A stretch of DNA of 64,000 bases from Spirogloea muscicola (GCA_009602725.1 WELB01000032.1:298636-362635); one strand, 5' to 3'. Shown: positions 37,755-51,854, numbered from the stretch's first letter. The notes: generated by a model not told the origin, from the sequence alone. A program made the numbers and translations.

Positions 37755-40700
37755 CCTCCAAAACTCCGGGCCGCCGCCGGCGTCGCCGCCGGCGGCGGCC
37801 AGGGGTTCTGCCATCCCGCCTCTCGAACCGCCCAGCCTTCCGCAGTCGGCGCCATCGACGCCGCCCCCGTCACCGCCGCCTCCAACCCCGCCGAGCGAGC
37901 CGGCTTNCCCCCATCTCTTCCGCCGCCGTCACCCCCGCCTGCCGAGCCCGCGCGCGTGCTGTGCCCAACTTGTCCTCGGGATTTCGCAACTTGCTGCGGT
38001 GTCTCATTGCACCGGAAAGACTGCAAGGGGAATGCCAGCCCCACCGGCACGCCGCCCGCAGCGGCCGTAGCGGCTTGCAGCCCCATCGCCCCGGCCCTGG
38101 CATTTACTCAGGCGGAGCATATCACGGAGCATACCATGGAGGCCATTACTCTATCGCCTCCCGCCCGAGAGAAGCGTCGGGCATCTGCGCTATCGCCTCC
38201 ACCCCTGAGATGCGAGGGGACCCGCGAGGTGACCACGCTCGTCCATCCTCAGGGTACCATGCCCCATGTGCTCGGCCCTGACGTCCCTGAGTGCTTCTCC
38301 GGCGTCAGAGGTGCCGCAGCCGCCACCGCCCGCCGAGCCGTCGCCACAACTGCCGCTGTCGTCCCCACCGCCCCCATCTCCCCCGACGCCGCCTTCCCAA
38401 CCATCCGCCATCCCGCCTCTCAAACAGCCTAGCCCTCCAGTCGGCGCCATTGACGCCGCCCCTGTCGCCGCTGCCTCCAACTCCGCCGAGCGAGCCGGCT
38501 TCACTGCCGTCGCCCCCCCCTCACTCGCCCGAACCACTGCTGTGCCAGCACTGCCAGAGGACCTTCACCTCGCGGTCCGGCCAGGCCAACCACGAGCAAG
38601 CCTGCACGTGCAGTAACAGCCGTGCAGCACAGGCGCGGAGCGCAGCGGCAGCGCGTGGTCGTCGGGGCAGACCAGGCAGGACTCCCGCGCCGTCCCCGCC
38701 CACGCCCCATCACTGGCAGTGGCTGGCTGGCCTCGACCTGGCCGCAGTCCACCGCCAGGCGGCCCTGCCGCTCCTCCGCCACATTCCGCGCTGGGTGCGC
38801 CCGCACCTCCGCCGCGCGCTCCGCTCAGTGACGCAGCGGATTGGCGCGGACCACCGGGACGAGGCGGCGTGGAAGTTATTCCTCCTCTTTCCCAGCTGCT
38901 GCTTGGGCGTGCCTCTCCCGACAGCCGCAGGCAGGGCCAGCAGCCCATGCTGGAGCGCGTCCAGTTGTTTGAGAGCGGGCACTGGGAGGAGCTTCTGGCA
39001 TCATGACGCCGCCGTGGCAGCCTCTGCGGCCTACCGTGGTGGCACAGGGACAGCGCCCGACAGGGCCGCCTGCGTCCGCCGGGCACTTCGCTTCGGCCAC
39101 GCGGGTGAGCTTTCCAGGGCTGTGCAGGCCCTCGACGATGCTATGCAGGCGCCAACCAATACGGCGACTCGGGCGGCCCTGGACTCCCTGCACCCCCCGG
39201 CGAGCTCCCCCCTGCCACCGTGGTTGGCCGCCTTCGCACCGCCAGAGGAGGTGGTCTTGGATGCCAACGCCCTCAAAAAGGCTTTGCAGACCAGCCGTCG
39301 CGCAGCCGCCGGCGGCCCCTCCCGCATGCTTACTGAGCACCTGCGGGAGATCTTCATCGAGGGAGAGGCTGCGGACTTCAACGCGCTGCTGCAGATCTGC
39401 CAGCATCTGGCCCGGGACAATGTGCCGGTCGGCATCCGCGGCGTACTGTGCACGAGCACGCTGCTCGCCCTCGACAAGCCGAGCGGGGGAGTCAGGCCCA
39501 TTGCCATTGGGGAGGTCCTCTACCGCCTGGTGAGCCGCGTTCTCTGGCAGCAGCATGCGGGGCCGGCGCAGGTGCACCTGCCGCCACATCAATATGGCGC
39601 GGGGCTGCGGAGTGGGGGCGAGGCCGTGGTCCACGGGGTCCGTGCAACCTTGGACCAACACCCGGGGTGGCTGGTACTGGCCGTCGACGCAAAAAATGCG
39701 TTCAACACCGTGGAGCGCGCCTGCATTGCAGAGGAGCTCCGGGCCGCCTTCCCCTCCCTGGTACCCTTTTTCCGCTTGGGGTACGGTCAGCCCAGCGACC
39801 TCCTCTGGAGGATGGGGGGTGACCAAGTGGAGGTCCTGCAGTCCCAAGCGGGCACGCGGCAAGGGGACCCCCTCGCCGGCTTCTTCTTTGCGCTCGCTCA
39901 CCACCAGCTCTGCAGGCTACCGCGGCGGCACATCCAGGGGTCCTACTGCCCACCTTCGCTGACGACACCACCATGGTTGGCCCTCCGGAAGACGTGGCGG
40001 CAGCCTTCGTCACCTTCAAGCAGCAGTTGGCCACCCTCGGCCTGTCCACCCGGGCGTCAAAGTGCGCAGCTTGGTCCCCCTGCGGCCTCCCATCCACCCT
40101 GGCGCTGCCCCCCGGATGCCTGACTCCTGCAGACGGCTTCACCCTCCTGGGGTCCCCATCTGGGCGCCGTCCTTCGTGGAGGGGCAGCCGCGAGCCCGCC
40201 TCGAGGAGCACCTCCAGCCTGCGGCCCGGCTCCCCGAGCTGCAGGATATGCAGCTGGCACTGGCCATGTTGACCAAGGCCATTGCGTAGAGACCCCAGTA
40301 TCTGACGCGGGCCACCCCGCCGTCCCCAGGGGCGCTGGCGGCGCACGCGGATTTTGACGCAGGCATGGTGACGAGCCTGGCGGCCCTGGTCCGCCACCAG
40401 GGCTTCCCCCAGTCGCCTGCCGCTCTTTATAAGGCGACGCTACCCCTCAGTTACGGCGGTTTCAGTTTGCGCCCGCTCGTCCATTCCTGCCGGGCGGCGT
40501 ACCTCAGCAGCTGGGCGCAGACAGCCGCCTCCGTGGCCCAGCGCTTCTTGGTCCACGGCCGGCGTGCGCTGGAGCAGGCGGTGGTGGAGGTAGAATCGGG
40601 TGTGCTGCCTTTCCAGGCGTCGCTACGCTCCTCCCACCAGGAGCTGCTCGCGACGCACCTGGACCAGGCGGGCCAGGCGGTCTCCTTTGCGCACCTCGCG

Positions 40701-41779
40701 CACACCGCCGACCTGCGCGTCCAAGCGCGCTTCGCAGCCGGACGGACAAGGCCGCCTTCACCACCGCCTTGCTGCAGCTCCCGGAGGCGGACCTGCGCGG
40801 GCGCGCGACACTCCACTTGGCGTCTTCCCCAGGGGCCGCGGCGTGGCTCCAGGCCCTCCTCCTCAACGACGCCCTCACTCTCTGACGAGGTATTTCGCAG
40901 TGCCGTCCACCGGCTCCTGGGCCTGCTGCCGCCATGCCTCCAGGGTGTGCGTCAGTGCGAATGTGGCGAGCGAGGTGCCGAGCCTGGGGAGCTGGCCGCT
41001 TATGTTCTGCGCTGTTCCCACGGCGGAGAGCGGACAACGGCCCACGACCGCCTTCTGGATGCGATGCATGGCATCCTGGTGGAGGCTGGCTTCTCGGTGG
41101 CAGCGGAGAACTCCGCCGTCATGCCGCTCCAGCAAAGGGCCGACGGTCTCCACGCACGTCGTGTAGACCTTGTGGCCACCCCACAAGCCGGCGGGCCACG
41201 TCTTATCCTGGACGTGGTGACCACAGACGCACACGACCGCTCACACCCAGCCCAATGTGCCATCAAGGCTGGGTATGCGGTCGCCTGCGCCGCTCGAGCT
41301 AAGGAGCTCATATATGCTGATCATCCGCGGGAAGACGAGTTCTTCCCGCTGGCTATCGACACGCATGGGGCATTGGGCGCGCTCGGTTGCTCGAGCTGCT
41401 CAACCAGCTCGCCCGCCACGCCATCGTCCGCCGCTTCCATGGGGAGCCAGTGGGCTTTCCTGCAGCCGGGTCGCTAGCGCAGGTGTACCGGATGCGCTTG
41501 GCCGTCTCGCTGCAGAGGTCTATGGCCCGCGCGCTGCACCTGCGTGCCGGCAGAGCCCTCGCTGCTGCCTCTGGCTCTGGCCAGGGGACCCACTTCCAGG
41601 AGCCTAGCTTCTCTGACCTGAGGCTGCTTAGCAGGGGTTACTGAGTAATACGTAGCTGCTGTATTTCTTGTTGTGCTTGTTTTTCTTAGCGCTTCCCCTG
41701 GCCCCCTTCTCGTACTTCGTTCCTTCCTTTTTGGGCTGGCTTTTCCAGCCCCTATCCTCGATGGGCGAGCCCTTCCTTC
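37680..41779 (+). mobile_element. Near full-length, frameshifted CRE-like non-LTR retrotransposon (2 Zn fingers, RT, Zn knuckle, restriction-like endonuclease) with a 7-bp TSD
   Basis: Zn fingers CPTCPRDFATCCGVSLHRKDC and CQHCQRTFTSRSGQANHEQAC. RT motifs LLALDKPSGGVRPIAIGE, VDAKNAFN, GTRQGDPLA, FADD (about 39955, shifted frame), GFTLLGSP. CECG..YVLRC..TAHD. RLE motifs RVDLV..LILDVVT, AKELIY, FFPLAIDTHGALG. Stop at 41642-41644. TSD GGTCAGC at 37673-37679 and 41780-41786. Confidence 0.92.
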
Positions 41780-43612
41780 GGTCAGCGTACTTGCGCTCCT
41801 TACTCCGAGCCGCCAAAGCGACCGCTTGCCCAGCGAGCGTCGCCGACTTTGCGGGGTTGGCGGAGTCGTCGCAATCTGCAGTCACCACATCTGCGACGAT
41901 ACGCGGACCTCCGCGTCCGAAGGTCCGAAGGGGCCGAAAAGTGCTGAAAGATGGAAAGTGACGGCATGACCAGCACGCTGGAAGCGAATGGCGCAGCACC
42001 CAGCTGTGCTGGCACCCCCATCATTGAGTCTACAGCGCTCCCAGGCACTCGCGATACACCAGCGTGCTGGTCGTGCATTAGCCCAGGCTAATGGCTTCCG
42101 TGGTGGTGGTTTGGCGCCTCAGTATAGCTTGTCCGATGTGCATATGCTCACTCGGGGATATTAGTGTCCCCTTAGCCAGCTCATTACCCAGTTAACAGGA
42201 CATTTGTAAGGGCTAGAATTGGCCTCCCTTTCAATTTCATGCGCACCGCGCAACTTCTCACTACTCCCACTCCCAGCCGGCTCCCAGGTAGTGGTGCGCT
42301 GGAGCGGCCTTCAGAGGCCCAGTCCAAGTGGGGCCCCTCTCGTACTTTCTTCATCCTTTTTTGGGCTGGCTTTTCCAGCCCCTATTTACAATGGGCGAGC
42401 CCTCTCTCTTTCGACCGTATACCGTATGCGATTGTCCATTCTTTTTTGGGCTGGCTTTGCCAGCCCCTCTTCTCTATGGGCGCGCACTTCCTCCGATTGT
42501 CAGTCTCCCTTCAGCAGTCCATTGGCCACGCCTTGCATCTGCGTGCTGGCCGTGCTCTCGCTGCGGCCTCCGGCTTTCGTCAAGGGGATAGTTTTCCAGC
42601 AGCTAGTCTGTCGGATTTGAGGCCTCCTCCCCTGGCCCCTTCGTCGCGTGGACCTTGTGGCCACCCCACCGGCAGGCGGGCCACGTCTTCTCCTGGACGT
42701 GGTGACCACCGACTCCTATGACCGCTGCCATCCAACCCAGTGTGTCTGGGCCAGCCCCTCTTTTCTATGGGCGCGCTTTTCTTCTTCTAGTGTGCCACCA
42801 AAGCTGGGTATGCGGTAGCCTGCGCAGCTCGGGCCAAGGAGCTAAAATACGCAGATCACCCGCGGAAGACGAGTTCTTCCCGCTCGCCATCGATACGCAC
42901 GGGGCGCTGGGCGCTCGGTGGTGGGCGCTCGGTGGCTCGAGCTGCTCAACCAGCTCTCTCGTCACGCCATTGCCCGCCGCTTCCATGGGGAGCCGGTGGA
43001 CTCCCATGCAGCAGGCTCGCTAGCGCAGGTGTACCGCATGCGCTTGGCCGTCTCGCTGCAGAGGTCTATGGCCCGCGCGCTGCACCTGCGTGCAGGCAGA
43101 GCCCTCGCTGCTGCCTCCTGGCTCTGGCCAGGGGACCCGCTTCCAGGAACCCAGTCTCTCTGACCTGAGGCTGCTTAGCAGGGGTTACTGAGTGCTTCGT
43201 AGCTGCTTCGCTTCTTTTCTGTGCTTGTTGTTCTTCGTACTTCCCCAGGCCCCTTCTCGTCCTTTGTACATTCTTTCTGGGCTGGCTTTTTCCAGCCCCT
43301 ATCCTCAATACCTTGTCAATTCTTTTCGGGCTAGCTTCTCACAGCCCTTGCCCCCATTGGGAGAGCCACTTCTTCTATCCTCAATGGGCGAGCCCTTCTC
43401 TTTATCCTCAATGGGCGAGCCCTTCTCTCACTCGTAACTACTGAGTGGTCCATCCTCCCCCGTTCTGACATAGCATCTTCAGGCCCTTTAGTAGCTGCTT
43501 AGCGCTTTTTAGGCCCCTCCATAATTTGGCCCCTTCGAACCTTTTGTCAATTCTTTTTCGGGCTGGCTTTTCACAGCCCTTGCGCCCATTGAGAGTGCCA
43601 CTATTCTCTCTT
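41780..43612. mobile_element. Nested retroelement fragments ending about 80 bp before the TMEM33 start
   Basis: Minus RLE fragment at 41780-41920 (GPRIVADVVTAD..SKERKYAD). D-family 3' end QRAGRALAQANGFRGG..SDVHMLTRGY* (stop 42162-42164). Second C copy at about 42640-43308. A copies and mini-copies. Confidence 0.85.
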
Positions 43613-43691
43613 TCGAGGCTGGCCTCTCCCTCCAGTGCCCTGCCGCGCCGCCCGCCCCGCCTCGCCTCGCCTTGCCCGCCGCATAGCCGCC

Positions 43692-46000
43692 ATGGCCAGC
43701 CCCGCCGCGCCTGCGCCGCCGCCGGCGTTCCAGGAGTTCGACTTCGACAGCAGCGCAGCGTGGCTGGAGTACGCGCGCAACCTCACCATCCCGCCCGCCG
43801 CCAACCAGGCCGCGGCGCTGCGCCGCGTGCGCCAGAAGTGGTTCCAGCGTAACGTCGTGAGCCTTCCTCCGAGCCCGCTTCCGTCTCCCCGCACCCCCGC
43901 CTGGTCGACTCTGCGCGTTCACGACGGACCTCCGCTGCTACTTGGCATCCTTAAAGCGTCGTCGCAGCACGTCCTGCGCATGAAGCAGCAGCATGTTGTT
44001 CCACTGCTTTCAGATTGCTCGCTCCTGTCAGCTCCTTCACCTGCCACTTCTGGCTGCACAGGATCCGAGCTTCCAAGTGGATGCGCCGCTCCCGAGCACC
44101 CCCGCCGCAGGCCCGGGCCCAAGCTCTACCTCCGGCACTGGCGCCAGCCCCGGGCCTAATGTCTACCGACGGCCCAGCATGTCCAGGCCTGCCAGCGAAG
44201 CCACAACGAGTAGGGGTCCTGCACCTAGGCTCCATCGACACACTGAAAGTGCTCGCCAATCAGCTCAAGCTGTTGCCATGGCGCTCGCCGTCAAAGGCAC
44301 GCCCTTTCTCAAGCACCTGTGTCTTCGCTGGGCGCGCCCATAGGTGGTGGAGCCTCGCCTGCAGGAGGTGCTGCAAATGCAGGGCGAGGGCCTACGGGAG
44401 GCATGCTGAGCTTCTGGCAGAAGCACAGCAAGACAGCCCTCTTCCTGGCGAACGCTTGGGTGAGGGGCTTGCTGTGACCGCCTGTGCTTGCTCAGTGGCC
44501 TTGCAGCGACGACCTTTTGCACCGCTGCAAACACACGCGGCTTTGCAGTGCATCTGTTGCTTGAGGTGCAGCGAAGCCTGTGCAGGTGCTGGTGATGGCC
44601 GTGGTGCACATCCTCCCCTTCACTCCGCGCAGGCTGTCGCAGCGCGCCTTCCGGTTCTCTCTCCTCGGTTCAGTAGTTGCTGCACTCACCTCTCTGTATA
44701 TCCAGCACGGGGTGAGCTCCCCCAACATTGGATTTTGTGGCCGTGCTGGTTCATTGAGCAGCAGTTGGCTCCATAACTCCGGCAGCCATTAGCTGCGATG
44801 CCTAAAGTACAACTTCCTGGTGATTAGCGCTTATGTAACAACTGGTGATGAGGGTTTATGTACAACGAAAAGGGATGACACACTGTAAATGATGTGTGTT
44901 CTCCCTTGAAAGCAGCCCCTATACTACTGAAGATGCTGCTCAGCGTCAAGACAGTGACAGCTTGTGCTCGCTGCTGGCTGAGCGCATGTGCAGCTTCCTG
45001 CAGCACTGCAGCTGGAGGCGCTTAGAGCCTGGCTGCAGCGCGCCTCCTCCAGTGGTGACCTCATTCAGCTGCTGCACTCAATCATCTTCCTATCTTCCCC
45101 TATGCCGCTTCAATGTGAGCTTTCTCTACCCTTGACTGAGCAATATCGGCCACATTGCCTGGACAAGAAACAAGCTACGAGATTGGGGACCTTACTTATG
45201 AATTAGGACTCTTGCTCTTATTGCTCCTGGTTGCAGTGGCTCTGTTGCCTTGCGCAAGTGCAGCTCTGCTTCAGGCGGCATCCCACCTTCGCACTCAGTT
45301 CAGTGCCACACAAATATACCGGTATTGCAATAGCACAGCTTTACCATCACAATGTCTAAGAGTTGTGCTTATTGATGTGGCCTTTCTGGGCATCAGGGTG
45401 ATGATGAGACACGAGCCAGCTACCAAGCAGTGTGACCGTCTCGTGTTGCTCTTGCCAAGCAGGACATACCTTGCTGGCCCATGCATGTGGTTACAACAAA
45501 ATGCCAATCAGGTGCAACAGTTCGCAGCTTCAACGGCCCTTGGCCTTGGCTTTCTTCTCATATTCCTCCTTTTCACGTAAGGCTCTTGGCCCTTGTCTGA
45601 GGTCCTGGACGGCCATTGTGTGTCAAAGGGAGCTGAGTCCTGCCTTCTCTGAGCTCTTGCTCCTTTCTGACCAAGCAATCTCCTCGATGGCAGGCCCAAT
45701 CGAAACTTCCTCCAAGTAATTCTGTACTGGCAGGTGAGCTCCATTCCTGCATGCTTACCCTCAACAGTGGTCTCTTTAAGTTGAACACGGCAGCAAGAGG
45801 ATGGCAATGCTGAGCCTGTTTTTTATGTGGCGCCATGGCAGCTCCTCAGGCTGCAGTACCATGCTCCAAGCACTGCAGCACGGCAGCGGCAGGCATGGCA
45901 GGTCGTAGGACAGCAGGTCGAGCCTCTACTGCACCGGTTTATTCCAGCAGTTCTCCCGCTCCTTGCCAGAGCCAAGGCCTGGTTCACCACTCCACGTTGA
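43692..46000 (+). CDS. TMEM33: Transmembrane protein 33 / Pom33 homologue (plant type)
   Basis: N-terminal FDFDSSAAWLEYARNLTIPP..RQKWFQRNV|DP; hydrophobic exons; NRNFLQVILYWQ|LLRLQYHAP..QAWQVVG..AKAWFTTPR*. Confidence 0.8.
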
Positions 46001-47397
46001 ATCATCTCATATGTACTGCACCCAATGTATCTGCCTGAGCTTGATGTGCTCCAAAGCAAAGACAGCTTGGACTGCACCAAGACATGTCAGACACATGCAC
46101 CTCAATAAGATGCTGACCAGCTGAGATACCCCTGATCACTTGAACCTAGAGGCTAGCACAATCCATCAGTGGCTTGAGTGCACTCTCACGGTGAGATGTG
46201 CAGCTCCCTCTGCAGTGGACTGCAGGCCACTGCTCAATCGCCTCAGGTTAAGGTCTAGCATTGGGTGCATTACGTGCAGCTCAGAAGATGACACATTGTC
46301 CAGCAGGGTCAGCTTCCGCGCATGCGACTCCATCCAAGGGCCGCAACCTGTTCTGTATAGGACAAGTCCAGAATTCTCTCATGCGTGTTGAGCCATCTAT
46401 TATTGGGCCATCTGTCAACAACCTGGGGCTATGGTCCATGGTACATGTTGCACCGAGTACCAACATCATTCATCAAGTTCTCCTGTCTAGTGCCTCGCTG
46501 AGATTGATAACGCATAAACAATTGCACCACTGCTACCTGTTGTATACAATCACATGGACATTGCTGGTCCTAATTGTGGTTGGCTCCAACCACATGAGAA
46601 CTAGGCAGAGGCTCAACTAAGGCAGTGAGCCACAGCTTACAACCACTGTACACACTTATGCTAATTTGGATTGTTGGCGTATGTCGTGGTCCCAACCTCA
46701 TATGGCATTGTCCTCACAAGATCAATGAGGAGATGTCACCTCCAAGCTAAGCAGTGCCATGATCAGTACCTGAATCACTTCATGTGACTTACTTTCTCCC
46801 TCTTTGCACTAGTCGGCCGAATTGTCCATATTGCTGTTCAAACATCAACATCTACAAATAACAATGTCTACCAACTATTGTCTTCGTACATCGGAGTGCA
46901 GTGGGGTAACGCCGACGTTGCAGAGTATGAAGTGGATTGGAAGCATGTATCTGATTGCTTAAGCTTGTTCGAGATGGGCGTGGTTTTCACCGCCGTCGGA
47001 CATGCGCAGGCAAGATTGGTCGTCACTTGACTCGCAAGGACCTGCTGGGCCCTAATACCAACACAACCAGGAAGGTCTTAGCAGGAGAGCATGCAGCTGG
47101 AGACAGCGCTCTCCAATGGAGTTGCCTACTATAAGGTGCAGAGGTGATTCAAGAAGGCATGGGTGTAATAAAGCCATGCGCGCACCACTCATCTACAAGC
47201 AATACAAGGTGGTTGTCACTCACCGAATGCCAGGCAACTGTCAGATGGCAAGGGCAGTGCCCCCAGGCGTGCCTCATGGTGATACTGATGATCCCAGAGT
47301 TGCTTCCGCAGCAGCTACCAAATGGACCTTTCCTGCCCATCCAGTGACTACTCAATCAAGCACGTCCTCCACCTGTTACTTCCCACAGTGTCGTGCT

Positions 47398-50087
<2,690 letters not shown>

Positions 50088-50223
50088 GGCGCACGGCCCG
50101 CGCCGCGGCGCCCGCAGCTGCGCCTCCTGCGGCGCTCCTCAGCCGCCGCCTCGGCTTCGCCGTCGTCCGCCGGCCCGGCACAACTCCCCGCCTCCGCCGG
50201 TGCGCCGCCCACCGGAACCCCCC

Positions 50224-51854
50224 ATGGCTCCACCTCTCATCAAGGCCCTCACTCCCGAGCTCCGCGCTTGCGCCGGCTTGGCGTGAGGGCCTTCAGCCAG
50301 CCCGTTGAGCTGGCCGCCCATTGACATGCACGCCTCGACCAGACCGGACTCCGCACCCCCGGGTGCGCCGAACGCCGGCCAGGCTGCTCGCGCCCAGCCG
50401 CTGAACTGTCGAGCGAGCCCCTCCTCCGGCAGATGGCCCTGCTCGCCGGCTGTTCGTGAACCACACCATCTACAAGGGCAAGGCAGCTCTGGCCATGCAC
50501 CCCATCCAACCCGTGTACCGGCTCCTGGAGGTGGGTGGCGGCTACTCCCCATGGGTGGCGGCTACTCTTCAGAGAGGCCAGCACTCCTTGAGCTGCCCCG
50601 CTGTGTATCTGCATCGTACCCGTTGCTCATACCTGCTGCGGTCTCTGTGGGGGCTTTGGCGCTCAGAACAACAGCGCGACTGTCCACAGAGAAGGCTCCC
50701 TCTTCCTCGAATTTGCTCCAGCAATGGCACTACGCGAGTATGACTGGAGCAGGAAGCAGGTAGGTCGCCCATGACCGAGAGCAGCGCTGCATGCACTCGT
50801 CTGAACGTCCAGAGCCCGCTTGTGTCATGCAGGCAGCTTGCGTGCACTTTATTTCTAGCCTTGGTTGATGCAATTATTTACTTGCCCTGTGTGCAGACGT
50901 TTGCACTGTCCATCACAGAAATTGGGCACCTCCTGTGCCTCACGCCAGACGGCTCGTGCGAGTTTTATCACGACCCGAACAAGGGCAAGAGGTGTTGCAT
51001 CTTCCTGGTGATCCCTCTCAACTACTAGCAGCTGCTTTGACCAGGATCGCATGTGCTGCTCTCACAGCACCCTGTCCCTCAGTCCTAGTATGTGAAATCA
51101 GCAGAGACGACGTGGGGCTTCACTGCTTGCCTAAAGTCTCAAGGATCTGTATACTAGTTGCAGCAAGGCTGACAACTGAACTGTGTACCTGCCTGTTTCG
51201 GTTGTCATCAGGGAAGATGACCTGCACGTTTTGCCTGTGCAGTGAGGAGGGCAAGATCAGAAAAGTGCTGAGGATAGAACCGGCGCCAGATGGTGGAACA
51301 TATTTCTTCAACCTAAGTATTCGTCTTCTTCGACCTAAGTATCCGTCAAGACAGCTGCTTATGGCTGATGCTGGAGCTTAGTTGTACAAATCTTCAGTCA
51401 CACGCCTGAACGCCTGCTGAGATGCTCATGGCCTTGCGGATTGGCAATCTGTGACACTGCTTCTGATTGCCTGTGACATGTGCGCAGATGTAAGAAACCA
51501 GCTCAGTGGCATTGATGAGAGAATTGGTCTGCCCATTCTTCATGCCGAATTTGCTGTGATGCGAACTGCAATGAATGTGAGTTGCATGCCCCTTGTAACA
51601 TATGGTCAGTGCCCATGTTATCCATTGCGCTGCTATCAGCATACTAGACTTGCAAGTTGTTAGTAAGTTCATCTTTGTGGTTCATTATTGGGCTGCACTC
51701 CTTGCATCCTCTCACACAAATTGGTGGGATGTGACAGTTTGTTCTTCCCTACCTTATGGGCTGGCATGCTTTGGTCGACCCTACAGCGCTGAATCTTTTG
51801 GCATTTCATCACAATTCCCCAGATGGATTGCGAGACGACGAGTTTGACTTCTGA
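50224..51854 (+). CDS. WHY: Whirly single-stranded DNA-binding protein (organellar); start uncertain
   Basis: LFVNHTIYKGKAAL; EGSLFLEFAPA..YDWSRKQ; FALSITEIG; CEFYHDPNKGK; EEGKIRKVLRIEPAPDGGTYFFNL; AEFAVMRTAMN|FVLPYLMGWHA. Confidence 0.92.

Noticed and set aside
41730..41779. HDV-like ribozyme in the element 3' UTR (TCCTCGA loop resembles L3)
   Set aside because: No P1.1 GG, P4 or J4/2 follows, and the helix order does not match HDV topology. Retained only as a generic hairpin or pseudoknot.
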